From Candidatus Woesebacteria bacterium GW2011_GWF1_31_35 (GTDB lineage Bacteria > Patescibacteriota > Microgenomatia > UBA8517), in contig CP011214.1 of the NCBI GenBank assembly GCA_001029755.1, positions 65,754 to 129,753 on the forward strand: 64,000 bases of DNA, in the 5' to 3' direction. The position numbers and the translations under genes were made by a program. The notes under the pieces were generated by a model, which saw only the letters and a list, made by a program, of their open reading frames with translations, ran no database searches and was not told where the DNA came from. Shown one piece after another: positions 48,009-57,198 of this stretch; position 1 is the stretch's first letter; every line of letters starts with the position of its first letter.

Positions 48009-48140
48009 TATATCAAACTACATCAGTATCAATTTGTGAAACAGCCTTTTATAGTGTCTCATTTGTCTCGTTTAGCCTTGAAATGATACACTTAGCTTGC
48101 AGGGTTATAAGGATCTAATGGGTCTCGACCTGTATGCTCA
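48009..48140 (+). repeat. Conserved element-terminal sequence, copy B
   Basis: Homologous to 27694..27825; flanked by GCAAGTATAT at 48004-13 and 48141-50. Confidence 0.9.
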
Positions 48141-48302
48141 GCAAGTATATGCACCCCTAGTGACCCGGGTGCCTCGAATAGCCCGTGTTTTCCGTCTAAA
48201 GAGTCATTTTGGAAAGTGAGAATTATAACCATCACCTACCCTCAAAAATCCTTCGTTCGAATCCCTACTTTGTTTGAGTTTATGGGATATAATTGACTAG
48301 AT

Positions 48303-48821
48303 ATGATCAAAAAGCTTCTCAAAAACAGATATTTGATTGTCGGCGGGGTTCTTCTGGTTCTTGGGGTTTCAGTGTTTCTCCTGTCTGAGAAACAACCGAA
48401 TATGGATAATTTCAAAGCCCCAGGAAGGAGTTGGAACTCTTCCAAAAAAGTAGAGGACTATTTTATTGAAAAATTGAGAATGACCCCCCAAGAAGCATCT
48501 GAAATAAGATCAAAACCAGGAGTTGATGGAACTATTGATTTAAGGATAACCACAAATACCACTTTAGGTGGAGTTATTGGAAATCTTTATTATTATGGTT
48601 TCATTAGAGATGAAAATTCTTTCCGCTATGCATTAGATCACACAAAAGACACGACTCCCAGCGATAAGGCAATTAAAGTTGATGTAAATAAAACAATTGA
48701 CACTAATGCAGAATACAGGATTTCAGAAGAGATGAGTGCATGGCAAATTGCTGACATTTTATTAAATAGACCTTCCGGACATTTCGCTTTTGATGAATAT
48801 AATTATTTCTTTATGCCCTGA
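48303..48821 (+). CDS. Paralog of 47316..47972 (YceG-N-like domain)
   Basis: LYYYGFIRDENSFRYALDHTKDTT..TID..AEYRISEEMSAWQIADILLN. Confidence 0.7.
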   Translation: MIKKLLKNRYLIVGGVLLVLGVSVFLLSEKQPNMDNFKAPGRSWNSSKKVEDYFIEKLRMTPQEASEIRSKPGVDGTIDLRITTNTTLGGVIGNLYYYGFIRDENSFRYALDHTKDTTPSDKAIKVDVNKTIDTNAEYRISEEMSAWQIADILLNRPSGHFAFDEYNYFFMP

Positions 48822-48916
48822 TTTTGTTAAAAGTATTACTCAGAAAATATCACTAATAATTTCCTAATTTGCTCCAAATGATCAATAAAATTAAAATCGT
48901 ATGTTAAAATCAGATA

Positions 48917-49426
48917 ATGCTTACAAAAGATGAAATAGATTTTCTAGAAAAAATTCCAGCAAATAAAAAAGTATATATTTATCTATTTAATCCTCAAATT
49001 ATTAAAATTGTCAGAAATTTAATCCAATTAATAAATAATTCCAATCCAGACCTAGAGATCAAACACATGGGATCTGCTGCATTAAAAATTTCAGGACAAA
49101 ATGATATCGATATTTATGCATTTTCAAATCCAAAAAATTTTAGTAAATATCTTCCCCAATTAATTAAACTTTTTGGAGAACCACTTCATAGACATGAGAC
49201 ATTCATTGAATGGAAATTTAAAAAAGATAAGTTTGACATTGAATTTTATTTAACTTCTAAAAATTCGGAGACAATGAAAAAACAAATTAAAGTTTTCGAA
49301 ATACTTAAAAAGAATAAAAACATTCTTAATGAATATGAAAAATTAAAAGAATCAATGAATGGAAAACCATTTAAAGAATATCAAGAAAAAAAATATAATT
49401 TCTATCACAAAATTATAGATAATTAA
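48917..49426 (+). CDS. GrpB/UPF0157 nucleotidyltransferase-fold protein
   Basis: HMGSAA..ISGQNDIDI, EYEKLK, Y..KK. Confidence 0.82.
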   Translation: MLTKDEIDFLEKIPANKKVYIYLFNPQIIKIVRNLIQLINNSNPDLEIKHMGSAALKISGQNDIDIYAFSNPKNFSKYLPQLIKLFGEPLHRHETFIEWKFKKDKFDIEFYLTSKNSETMKKQIKVFEILKKNKNILNEYEKLKESMNGKPFKEYQEKKYNFYHKIIDN

Positions 49427-49501
49427 ACTTAATAATTTATTCCAAAAATAGTTCCAAGTGATCAGACAAAAAAATATTAATGCTACAATATAGAATAGAC
49501 A

Positions 49502-49666
49502 ATGTCTTCAAAATCAATAATTATGTTAGGAATGGTTACAGGATCAATTATTGGTGGATATATACCTACAATTTTTGGAGTAACATTTTTATCAATGTGG
49601 TCCCTTTTTGGAAGTTTTATCGGAGGAATTCTTGGCATCTGGATTACCTATAAACTAGTTATCTAA
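49502..49666 (+). CDS. Small Gly-rich 2-TM membrane protein
   Basis: Manual translation MSSKSIIMLGMVTGSIIGGYIPTIFGVTFLSMWSLFGSFIGGILGIWITYKLVI*. Confidence 0.7.
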   Translation: MSSKSIIMLGMVTGSIIGGYIPTIFGVTFLSMWSLFGSFIGGILGIWITYKLVI

Positions 49667-49667
49667 T

Positions 49668-50141
49668 ATGATTTATTATTTATTTCGTCATGGCCAAACC
49701 TTTTTTTCAAAATATCACCTTAAATATGGAAAAAAGAACGACACGGCAGAAATTATTCCTGAAGGTATACCAAAAATTATAAATATTGCTACAAAATTAA
49801 AAGAAGAGAAAGTTAAAGTTATTTATTCTTCCCCTATTAAAAGATGTGTTCAGACAGTGGAAATTATCAAAAAAGAATTCCCAACTATAAAAATCATTTA
49901 TTATCAGAATCTTGAGGAAGAGAAAGTATCAAGAGGTTTGGAAACATTTAAAGACCAAACCGAAAGAATTAAAAAATTTTTAGATGAAATTAAAGAAAAA
50001 AAACTTGAAAAAGTTGCAATTTGTTCTCATGGATGGCCAATTGCGGTAATGATTGCACTTCTTAAAAATAAACATGTTAATAGACTAAGTCTATTAAACT
50101 ATCCAAAATGTGGTGTAATAGTCACAATTGATGCTAGATAA
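49668..50141 (+). CDS. Histidine phosphatase family protein
   Basis: RHGQT, SSPIKRCVQT, SHG. Confidence 0.9.
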   Translation: MIYYLFRHGQTFFSKYHLKYGKKNDTAEIIPEGIPKIINIATKLKEEKVKVIYSSPIKRCVQTVEIIKKEFPTIKIIYYQNLEEEKVSRGLETFKDQTERIKKFLDEIKEKKLEKVAICSHGWPIAVMIALLKNKHVNRLSLLNYPKCGVIVTIDAR

Positions 50142-50385
50142 ATTTATGTATTTTGTTTACATTTTGGAATGTATAGACGGAAGCTATTACACAGGTTCTA
50201 CAAACGATATTACAAAAAGATTTAAAAATCATATCAATGGCAAAGGTGGAAGATATACAAGAAGTCATAAACCTATAAAGGTTATTTATAAAGAAAACTT
50301 TAAAACAAAGTCAGATGCTTTAAAACGAGAAGTTCAAATTAAAAAACTTAATAAAAAAGAAAAATTAATATTAATAAATACTTGA
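50128..50385 (+). CDS. GIY-YIG nuclease (YhbQ-like)
   Basis: FVYILEC.DGSYYTGST..R...H..G.G.RYT..ALKRE. Confidence 0.9.
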   Translation: MMLDKFMYFVYILECIDGSYYTGSTNDITKRFKNHINGKGGRYTRSHKPIKVIYKENFKTKSDALKREVQIKKLNKKEKLILINT

Positions 50386-50419
50386 ATTATTATCTTCTTA
50401 AAGAATATAATAAACATAT

Positions 50420-50638
50420 ATGAATTTTAAATGGTTTGAAGGCTTAGAATTGTTACTATTAATTCCATTTTTGGTATTTGATTTAATTTTAAGAGGAATC
50501 GCCCTTTGGAAATCAGCCAAAAGTGGTCAAAAGGTTTGGTTTGTTGCTCTTTTAATCGTAAATTCAATTGGAATCTTACCTTTAATTTATTTATTACTTC
50601 AACACTGTTGTCCAACACCTTCTAATAAGAAAAAGTAA
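50420..50638 (+). CDS. DUF5652-like small membrane protein
   Basis: RGIALWKSAK.GQK.WFVALL.VNS.GILPLIY. Confidence 0.8.
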   Translation: MNFKWFEGLELLLLIPFLVFDLILRGIALWKSAKSGQKVWFVALLIVNSIGILPLIYLLLQHCCPTPSNKKK

Positions 50639-50666
50639 CTCAAAGTTGTAAATCCTATAGTAGCAA

Positions 50667-50695
50667 TTGACATTAGTGTATATTGCTGTTACTAT
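50667..50695 (+). promoter_or_regulatory. Sigma70 promoter for the DEAD-box helicase
   Basis: TTGACA-17-TACTAT. Confidence 0.65.
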
Positions 50696-50772
50696 ATTGA
50701 AATCGATTCGAAAGACTGCTTTAAGTTCTAATCCACTTTTAGATGGTTTCTCCAATTGAGACAATTTAATTT

Positions 50773-51999
50773 ATGTACAAACAATTTAACAGTAGATCTC
50801 GTGGTGACCGTGGAAATTTTCAATCCAGGGGGAGTTTTCGTGCACAAAGAAAAGGTTTTGGAGGCAGAAGATCAGGAGCCGGTAGAGTTGCAAAATTTTT
50901 TGACCCTACTAGTGTAATTTTCTCTCAAAAAACTTCAAGTACTGTAATTGAAAAATATATAAATATAAATTCGTTTTCTGATTTTAAAATTGACGAAAAA
51001 TTAAAAAGAAATGTATTAGACAGACATTATGGTGCCCCCACACCTATTCAAGATCAATCAATTCCACAAATACTAGAAAACAAAGATTTAATTGGAATTG
51101 CAAATACCGGAACAGGTAAAACAGCAGCCTTTTTAATTCCACTTTTAGATAAAGTTATAAAAGATAGATCCCAAAAAGTATTAATTGTTGCTCCAACCAG
51201 AGAACTTGCGTCCCAAATTAGAGATGAATTTTTTACATTCTCTAGAGGACTTGGAATCTTTTCTGCACTTTGCATTGGTGGAGAAAATATTAATAGACAA
51301 AAACAGGAACTTCGAAGAAATCCCAATTTTATAATAGGAACACCAGGAAGACTTTTGGATCATGTGGATTCAAGAAGTTTAAGACTTGATGATTGCGCTT
51401 CAGTTGTACTAGACGAAGCAGATCATATGGTAGACATTGGATTTTTAAAAGATATTAAATACATAATTTCCCTTCTTCCTAGAGTTAGACAATCATTATT
51501 TTTCTCAGCAACAATTGATGGAAAAGTAAAAGAAGTTTTAAATAGTTTTGTCAAAGATCCTGTTACTGTTTCTGTAAAAACTAGAGATACTGCAGAAAAT
51601 GTTAAACAAGAAGTAATTAAGGTTGGACATCAAGGTCAAAAAATAAACATGCTTCATGAACTTTTAATTAAACAGGAATTTGAAAAAGTATTAATTTTTG
51701 CCAGAACAAAACATGGAGTACAAAATCTTTCCGATGAATTAATTAAAAGAGGATTTAAAGCTGATGCAATTCATGGAAATAAAAGACAAAGCCAAAGACT
51801 TAAAACGTTAGATAAATTTAAAAGAAGTTCTATTAATATTTTAATTGCAACTGATGTAGCCTCTCGTGGACTTGATATCCCTAATGTAAGTCATGTAATC
51901 AACTTTGACCAACCTGAAAGCTATGATACTTATATTCATAGAATAGGTAGAACCGGAAGAGCTGATAAAAGTGGTGTTGCCTTGACCTTTGTTTCTTAA
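50773..51999 (+). CDS. DEAD-box RNA helicase
   Basis: PTPIQ, TGTGKT, PTRELA, DEAD, SAT, HRIGRTGR. Confidence 0.96.
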   Translation: MYKQFNSRSRGDRGNFQSRGSFRAQRKGFGGRRSGAGRVAKFFDPTSVIFSQKTSSTVIEKYININSFSDFKIDEKLKRNVLDRHYGAPTPIQDQSIPQILENKDLIGIANTGTGKTAAFLIPLLDKVIKDRSQKVLIVAPTRELASQIRDEFFTFSRGLGIFSALCIGGENINRQKQELRRNPNFIIGTPGRLLDHVDSRSLRLDDCASVVLDEADHMVDIGFLKDIKYIISLLPRVRQSLFFSATIDGKVKEVLNSFVKDPVTVSVKTRDTAENVKQEVIKVGHQGQKINMLHELLIKQEFEKVLIFARTKHGVQNLSDELIKRGFKADAIHGNKRQSQRLKTLDKFKRSSINILIATDVASRGLDIPNVSHVINFDQPESYDTYIHRIGRTGRADKSGVALTFVS

Positions 52000-52053
52000 A
52001 AAATAAATTTAATTTATAAAAATTAAATAGAAAAAATTTCTAACTAAGCTTTT

Positions 52054-53019
52054 TTATTTCGTAAAAATAATTGCATTAGGAATTGCTCTACCCGGACCAA
52101 CTTTATAACCCCCATACCAAAGCGCTGTTGAACCACCATTATCTAAATTCATTGCATTATCCATCCCCAAGGCTTTTAAAGCTATTGCACTTTCAGCAAC
52201 CGTCGCTGAGTGAACAACTCCAATATATACAGTGTTTCCCCTACTAGCTACAAAACTTCTTGACCCTTTACTTCCTTTTTTAGGATCACCATCCCCACCA
52301 AAGCTAATATTTCCATTAAAGACTAAAAGTGGATAATTCATTATTACTCCATTAACTCCAGTATCTCTTCCCCATTGGCTTGCAGCAGAAACAAATCTTA
52401 TATATCCAGATCCAAAAATAACTGCTGGATTTGTACTATAGACATTATTTCCAGAATTAAAATAATATTTATCTTTATTCATAACTAAAAGGTCAAAAGA
52501 ATTTTCTTTACCTACACAAGTTGAATAATCTTTAGGACAAAAATATGTTCCATTAACTCCTGCAAATCCACCATTTCTTGAAACATAATCAGAAAGGGAA
52601 AGAGCTGGACAATTACTACTACAATCAGAGGTAGATGCAGTATCAACTATTACACGAGTTGATCCAATATCCGCTGCAATCAAACTTATTGTAAATGTCC
52701 CCGAATCTGTTTTTACACTTTGTCTAGAATATCCTGCTCCAGGTGGAACATTATTAATAATTGGTACAGGAGTAGGAGCTCTTGTAGCTTTAACTGTTGC
52801 AGAAGTTGTTGGAGTAGTAGTAGGAATAATTGTAGGTGTAGCTGAAAGAGTTGGGGAAGGAGTAGCTATTAAAGTAGGAATTATTGAAACCAAAGCATTT
52901 TCATCAATCTTTTTTATTGGAAAAAATGCTGAAACAATAAAAATTACAATAAAAAGAGTAGAAGCTAAAATTGGAATTATTAAATCAATATATCCTTTAT
53001 CATTTTTATTCATAGGCAT
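52054..53019 (-). CDS. Phosphodiester glycosidase (NAGPA-like) exported protein
   Basis: TM + P/T linker; GVNGTYF, AMNLDNGGST, RAIPNAI. Confidence 0.82.
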   Translation of the reverse strand: MPMNKNDKGYIDLIIPILASTLFIVIFIVSAFFPIKKIDENALVSIIPTLIATPSPTLSATPTIIPTTTPTTSATVKATRAPTPVPIINNVPPGAGYSRQSVKTDSGTFTISLIAADIGSTRVIVDTASTSDCSSNCPALSLSDYVSRNGGFAGVNGTYFCPKDYSTCVGKENSFDLLVMNKDKYYFNSGNNVYSTNPAVIFGSGYIRFVSAASQWGRDTGVNGVIMNYPLLVFNGNISFGGDGDPKKGSKGSRSFVASRGNTVYIGVVHSATVAESAIALKALGMDNAMNLDNGGSTALWYGGYKVGPGRAIPNAIIFTK

Positions 53020-53040
53020 TTCTAGTATACTTCAAAACTA

Positions 53041-54600
53041 ATGGCAAATTTAAATATAAATGGAACTAATTTAGTTAAAGAAATTCTTTTAGCCAGTAAA
53101 TACAAGGAACAAGAAAAGGAAGAGGTCATAAAAACCACCAAAACAGCTTCAGCTTTAGCTTTTGTTTATGAAAAAGCTAGAAATGCTGTTGAATTTAGGG
53201 CAGACCATTTAATAAGACAGGCAGCAATTGAAAGAATACTTCGAAGGAGGCTTTTTTTGAATCAAGATAGTGAAAAAATCGCACTTTTATTAGTTAGGGA
53301 ACTTTCCTGGGCAAAATATTTAAATAAAGAATCAATTTCTTCTTCAAAGGTTACTCTACTCACCGGAATTATTGAAAAATACAGATTAGTTTTAAAATCT
53401 GCAGATCAAAACCTAAAAGATACTCTTGTTGGACTTTGTTCTTGCGAAATAGAAGAAAACGTAAGCTTTAATCCAATTAACCAAATACTTATTAATTTTG
53501 TATCCTCATCAATTTTACCTAGAATTGATTTTGGTGAAGATGACAAATCTACCAAAAGTATGCAAGTTTATATTGCCACTGAAAGAAGCTTTGCAAAAAA
53601 TAGCGAGATACTAATAAGTTTTAGATTATTAAAAGTATTAGACCCAGATTGGAAAGGACCTAAAGAAAGTCTTTTGGAAAATGATATCAGTAAACTTTTT
53701 CAAACCCTAACAATTATTGATAATCATCTAAATTATAAATATAAAGACTTATTACGTAGAAAAGTTACACAAATGACACCCCCATTTAATCTAATTCGAG
53801 AATTAGTTGAAAATTCACCAGAAAGTTTTGAAAAGATAACTTCAAATTTAAGTTTACTTGAAGAGAAAGCAACAGAAATATTGGAAATTAGATATAGACA
53901 GACTCAAGATAAAGTCATGAGAGCTTCAAAACGAAGCATTGTATATATATTTTTAACCAAAATGGTTCTAGCAATTTTAATTGAAGTACCGTTTGATATA
54001 TTTTTTGGAAAAGTAAATTATTTAGTACTCGGAATTAATATTATATTTCCCCCATCACTTATGTTTTTATTAAATTCAAGCGTTAGGCTTCCAGAAAAAA
54101 CTAATACCGATTTAATTATTGAAAAGGTAAATGAATATCTATATCTTAATGAAGAAGATCTAAAAACAGAAAAAGTTAAAACAATTTTATATAAAGGGAA
54201 GGCAGAAAAAGTTTTTTACTATACATTTTTATTTACATCCATATTGATACTATTAGGCCTCCTTTGGATTTTAAATTTGTTGCATTTTAATCCAATAAGC
54301 CAAATTATTTTTCTCTTCTTTTTGTGTGTTGTCTCATTTTTTGCATTTCGCGTTAGAGAGATATCAAAAGATTATCTGATTAAAGATAGTGAAAGAGAGT
54401 CTTTTTTTGAAACTCTTTTGGATTATTTATTTTTACCAATTGTAAAAATTGGGCAGTGGCTTTCAAACCAGATTGCAAAAATTAATATATTAAGTTTTAT
54501 ATTTGATTTTATTATTGAAGCTCCATTAAAAACCTTCTTGGAAATATTAGAGGATTGGCTTCATTTTGTGAGAGTCAAGAAGGAAGAGATCCTTAGTTAA
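53041..54600 (+). CDS. Conserved hypothetical multi-TM protein
   Basis: 519 aa; YEKARNAVEFR..HLIR..AIERILRRR N-terminus; C-terminal TM cluster. Confidence 0.75.
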   Translation: MANLNINGTNLVKEILLASKYKEQEKEEVIKTTKTASALAFVYEKARNAVEFRADHLIRQAAIERILRRRLFLNQDSEKIALLLVRELSWAKYLNKESISSSKVTLLTGIIEKYRLVLKSADQNLKDTLVGLCSCEIEENVSFNPINQILINFVSSSILPRIDFGEDDKSTKSMQVYIATERSFAKNSEILISFRLLKVLDPDWKGPKESLLENDISKLFQTLTIIDNHLNYKYKDLLRRKVTQMTPPFNLIRELVENSPESFEKITSNLSLLEEKATEILEIRYRQTQDKVMRASKRSIVYIFLTKMVLAILIEVPFDIFFGKVNYLVLGINIIFPPSLMFLLNSSVRLPEKTNTDLIIEKVNEYLYLNEEDLKTEKVKTILYKGKAEKVFYYTFLFTSILILLGLLWILNLLHFNPISQIIFLFFLCVVSFFAFRVREISKDYLIKDSERESFFETLLDYLFLPIVKIGQWLSNQIAKINILSFIFDFIIEAPLKTFLEILEDWLHFVRVKKEEILS

Positions 54601-54885
54601 TAATTTAATTTCTTTTTTAATGATTTTTTTCATATCTTTTTTAGTTTTTTCATCTAAATATTCTAATAACTTTTCATCATATGGAGCATTGTGAAATTTC
54701 TCCAAAAATTCACAATGATGTTCACTAGGTAAATTATCTAAACAACATCCCAACACTTTATGATGAATTATTTCCTCAACTAATTGCCAAAATTCCTGTC
54801 TTTCTTCATTTGAAGAAGATATCTTTTTTATTTTTCTATCTATTTTGTCTAAAACAATTAATTTATCAAAAAATAATATACTCAT
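54547..54885 (-). CDS. Hypothetical protein
   Basis: 112-aa ORF coupled to the upstream gene. Confidence 0.6.
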   Translation of the reverse strand: MSILFFDKLIVLDKIDRKIKKISSSNEERQEFWQLVEEIIHHKVLGCCLDNLPSEHHCEFLEKFHNAPYDEKLLEYLDEKTKKDMKKIIKKEIKLLTKDLFLLDSHKMKPIL

Positions 54886-55814
54886 ATTTGTATTAAAGAT
54901 TCACTAGAAATATTTAACTTATTATATTCTACAGGACCTAAGGAAATTTTATTTTCTGGATCATCAATGAAAAAAATTAATACTGCCCCTTTTTTATAAC
55001 GTGGTCCTCCTAAATATTCCATAACTTCAGGACTTCCTCCAAAATGTTTACCTGTCCAAGCAGCGGGTCCTGAATCAGCAATTGAAGCAACAACACTATT
55101 ACCATTTTTTGTATTTACTATTAACACTTTTCTATATTTATACCAATCTCTTAAATATGGTTGTCGACTAGACCAATCAGGTAGATATAACGTTTGAACT
55201 ACTGCATACCATTTTTCAGTATCAACAAGATTGGTAGTTAATTCACCTTTTGAATGAGCAAAATAACCCCAAGCTCCAAGACCTGGAGCTATACCCTCTT
55301 TATAATAGGGACCATGGTTTTCCAAAATATCGCCAGGATATCTTTTCAAATGTTGTTCAGCTCCAATGTATCCATATGTAGTGTTTAAATGTTCTCCCTC
55401 AAGTGATGCTTTAGCTGGAATATTTGTAATATCTTTAATTAATTGTTCCAATCTTTTTTCTTCGTCACGAGCTAAAGGTCTGACAACTTCAGGTAACATA
55501 GATTTTAAATTATCTATTAATAATTTTTGAGGAATCTCTTGTGTTTTATTATCTTTCAAATTCTCAACACTTTTAATAATTTCTGAGGGAGTAGGAAGTT
55601 GTCCTGATCCAGTAGGGGGAGCTAAAAGAAGAGTTCCTGTTAAAGCTCCCGCCCCTATTAATCTTGCAGAATGTTGTCTAATTTTTCCAAGTTCAATGCC
55701 TTTTTCTAAGAAGAATTTGTGTGCTTCGGGGAACTTTTCCTTAAAACTATTTTGAACTTCAATATTTTTAAGTTTTAACTTCTCTCGAAAATTATCAGTG
55801 GCAGTATTTTTCAT
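54882..55814 (-). CDS. Hypothetical protein (possible RlpA/double-psi-barrel-like C-terminus)
   Basis: V..N..NG.SVV..IADSGPA pattern. Confidence 0.6.
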   Translation of the reverse strand: MKNTATDNFREKLKLKNIEVQNSFKEKFPEAHKFFLEKGIELGKIRQHSARLIGAGALTGTLLLAPPTGSGQLPTPSEIIKSVENLKDNKTQEIPQKLLIDNLKSMLPEVVRPLARDEEKRLEQLIKDITNIPAKASLEGEHLNTTYGYIGAEQHLKRYPGDILENHGPYYKEGIAPGLGAWGYFAHSKGELTTNLVDTEKWYAVVQTLYLPDWSSRQPYLRDWYKYRKVLIVNTKNGNSVVASIADSGPAAWTGKHFGGSPEVMEYLGGPRYKKGAVLIFFIDDPENKISLGPVEYNKLNISSESLIQI

Positions 55815-55826
55815 CTTTTTAATAAA

Positions 55827-57155
55827 TTATTCCATTTTATTAAGTCTTTTAATTGTTTCTTCCTTTCCTAAAATAATAATTGAATCATTAATAGGAGGCG
55901 TAAATTTAGTACCAGTTAAAGAAATTCTCAAACTCATAAAAAAATCTCCAATTTTAAAATTATTTTTGGTAACCTCATTCATTAAATCGCTATTTAAGGT
56001 TTCCAGATCCCAACCTTTTATATTTTTTAAAACTAAAAGAGCCGATTCTATGTGTTTTTTATAATCTATTCCAAACAATTTATTATCAACCTTAGGTTCT
56101 TCAAAGAAAAAATTAGCTAAAGAATCAAAATCTGATATTTTTTTAATTCTTTCTTTGACTAATTTTGTAATTTGAATTTTTTTATCTTTATCCATTTTCT
56201 TAAAATCAGAATTTTGAATTTCAAATTTTTTACATAAATTGCTATTAGAAATTTTTCGAATATATTCTCCATTAAACCAATCAAGTTTATCTCTATTAAA
56301 GATAGGGTTCGCTTTTTGAAACCCTAGTGGATCAAATAAATTAACAAATTCTTTTAAAGTAAACAATTCTTTGTTATCTTTTGGAGCCCAACCTAAAAGA
56401 ATAACAAAATTAAATAACGCTTCTGGAAGATAACCTTCGTTAATTAATCCATCAACTGAAGTACTTCCCTTTCTTTTTGACAATTTTCCCCCATCAGGAT
56501 CCATGATATCAGTTAAGTGCCCAATTTCAGGAACAGTAAATTCTAAATATTTGTAAACCAATAAATGTATCGGAGTTGAAGGCATCCAATCATGGCCTCT
56601 TAATGCATGAGATATTTTCATATCATTATCATCAACCACTACAGCTAAATGATACGTTGGAAAACCATCTGACTTAAGAAGTGTCGCATCTCCAACCGTT
56701 GAAGTATTCCAAGATATCTTCTTCTTTAAGACATAGTCAGTAAATTCTATATTTTCCTTATCAGGTACTTTAAGTTTTATGGCTCCACTTTTTAAATCTT
56801 TATCTCTACATGGATCTCTTAATTCCTTTGAAAATCCATCCTCTTTAGCATTTTTTGCTTCACACTGACAATAAAACGCGTGGCCATCAGAAACCAACTT
56901 CTTTGCAATTTTATTGTATATCTCTAACCTTTGAGATTGAACACAATATTCATCCCATTTAATATTAAAAATTTTTAAAAGTCTTTTAATATCCTCAACT
57001 CCACCCATCTTTTCTCTTTTTTTATCGGTATCTTCAATTCTTAAGATAAAATCTCCTTTATTGTGTTTTGCTAATGCGTAGGCATAAAAAGCAGTTCTTA
57101 AGTTTCCAATATGCATCGATCCAGTTGGACTTGGAGCAAATCGAGTTCGAATCAT
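55827..57155 (-). CDS. gltX: Glutamate--tRNA ligase
   Basis: RFAPSPTG.MHIGN, LRIEDTD, PTYHLAVVVDD, KLSKR. Confidence 0.97.
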   Translation of the reverse strand: MIRTRFAPSPTGSMHIGNLRTAFYAYALAKHNKGDFILRIEDTDKKREKMGGVEDIKRLLKIFNIKWDEYCVQSQRLEIYNKIAKKLVSDGHAFYCQCEAKNAKEDGFSKELRDPCRDKDLKSGAIKLKVPDKENIEFTDYVLKKKISWNTSTVGDATLLKSDGFPTYHLAVVVDDNDMKISHALRGHDWMPSTPIHLLVYKYLEFTVPEIGHLTDIMDPDGGKLSKRKGSTSVDGLINEGYLPEALFNFVILLGWAPKDNKELFTLKEFVNLFDPLGFQKANPIFNRDKLDWFNGEYIRKISNSNLCKKFEIQNSDFKKMDKDKKIQITKLVKERIKKISDFDSLANFFFEEPKVDNKLFGIDYKKHIESALLVLKNIKGWDLETLNSDLMNEVTKNNFKIGDFFMSLRISLTGTKFTPPINDSIIILGKEETIKRLNKME

Positions 57156-57198
57156 AATTGAATTGTATCATTTCACAGGTTAAACTTAAAAGTATTAT

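Larger units (their letters stand above)
33710..48140. mobile_element. Serine-recombinase integrative element at tRNA-Gln carrying R-M, a terminase module, LexA and defence-like cargo
   Basis: Starts at tRNA 3' end; intact large serine recombinase; phage-type genes; visibly higher GC; ends at the conserved terminus. Confidence 0.85.

Noticed and set aside
33680-48900. Long tRNA 3'-end duplication (tyrosine-integrase-style attR)
   Set aside because: No second copy of the tRNA-Gln or tRNA-Glu 3' end was seen; only 4-bp matches
50662-50687. AGCAAT...ATTGCT inverted repeat as a CIRCE element
   Set aside because: Does not match TTAGCACTC-N9-GAGTGCTAA; only 6 bp and could be chance
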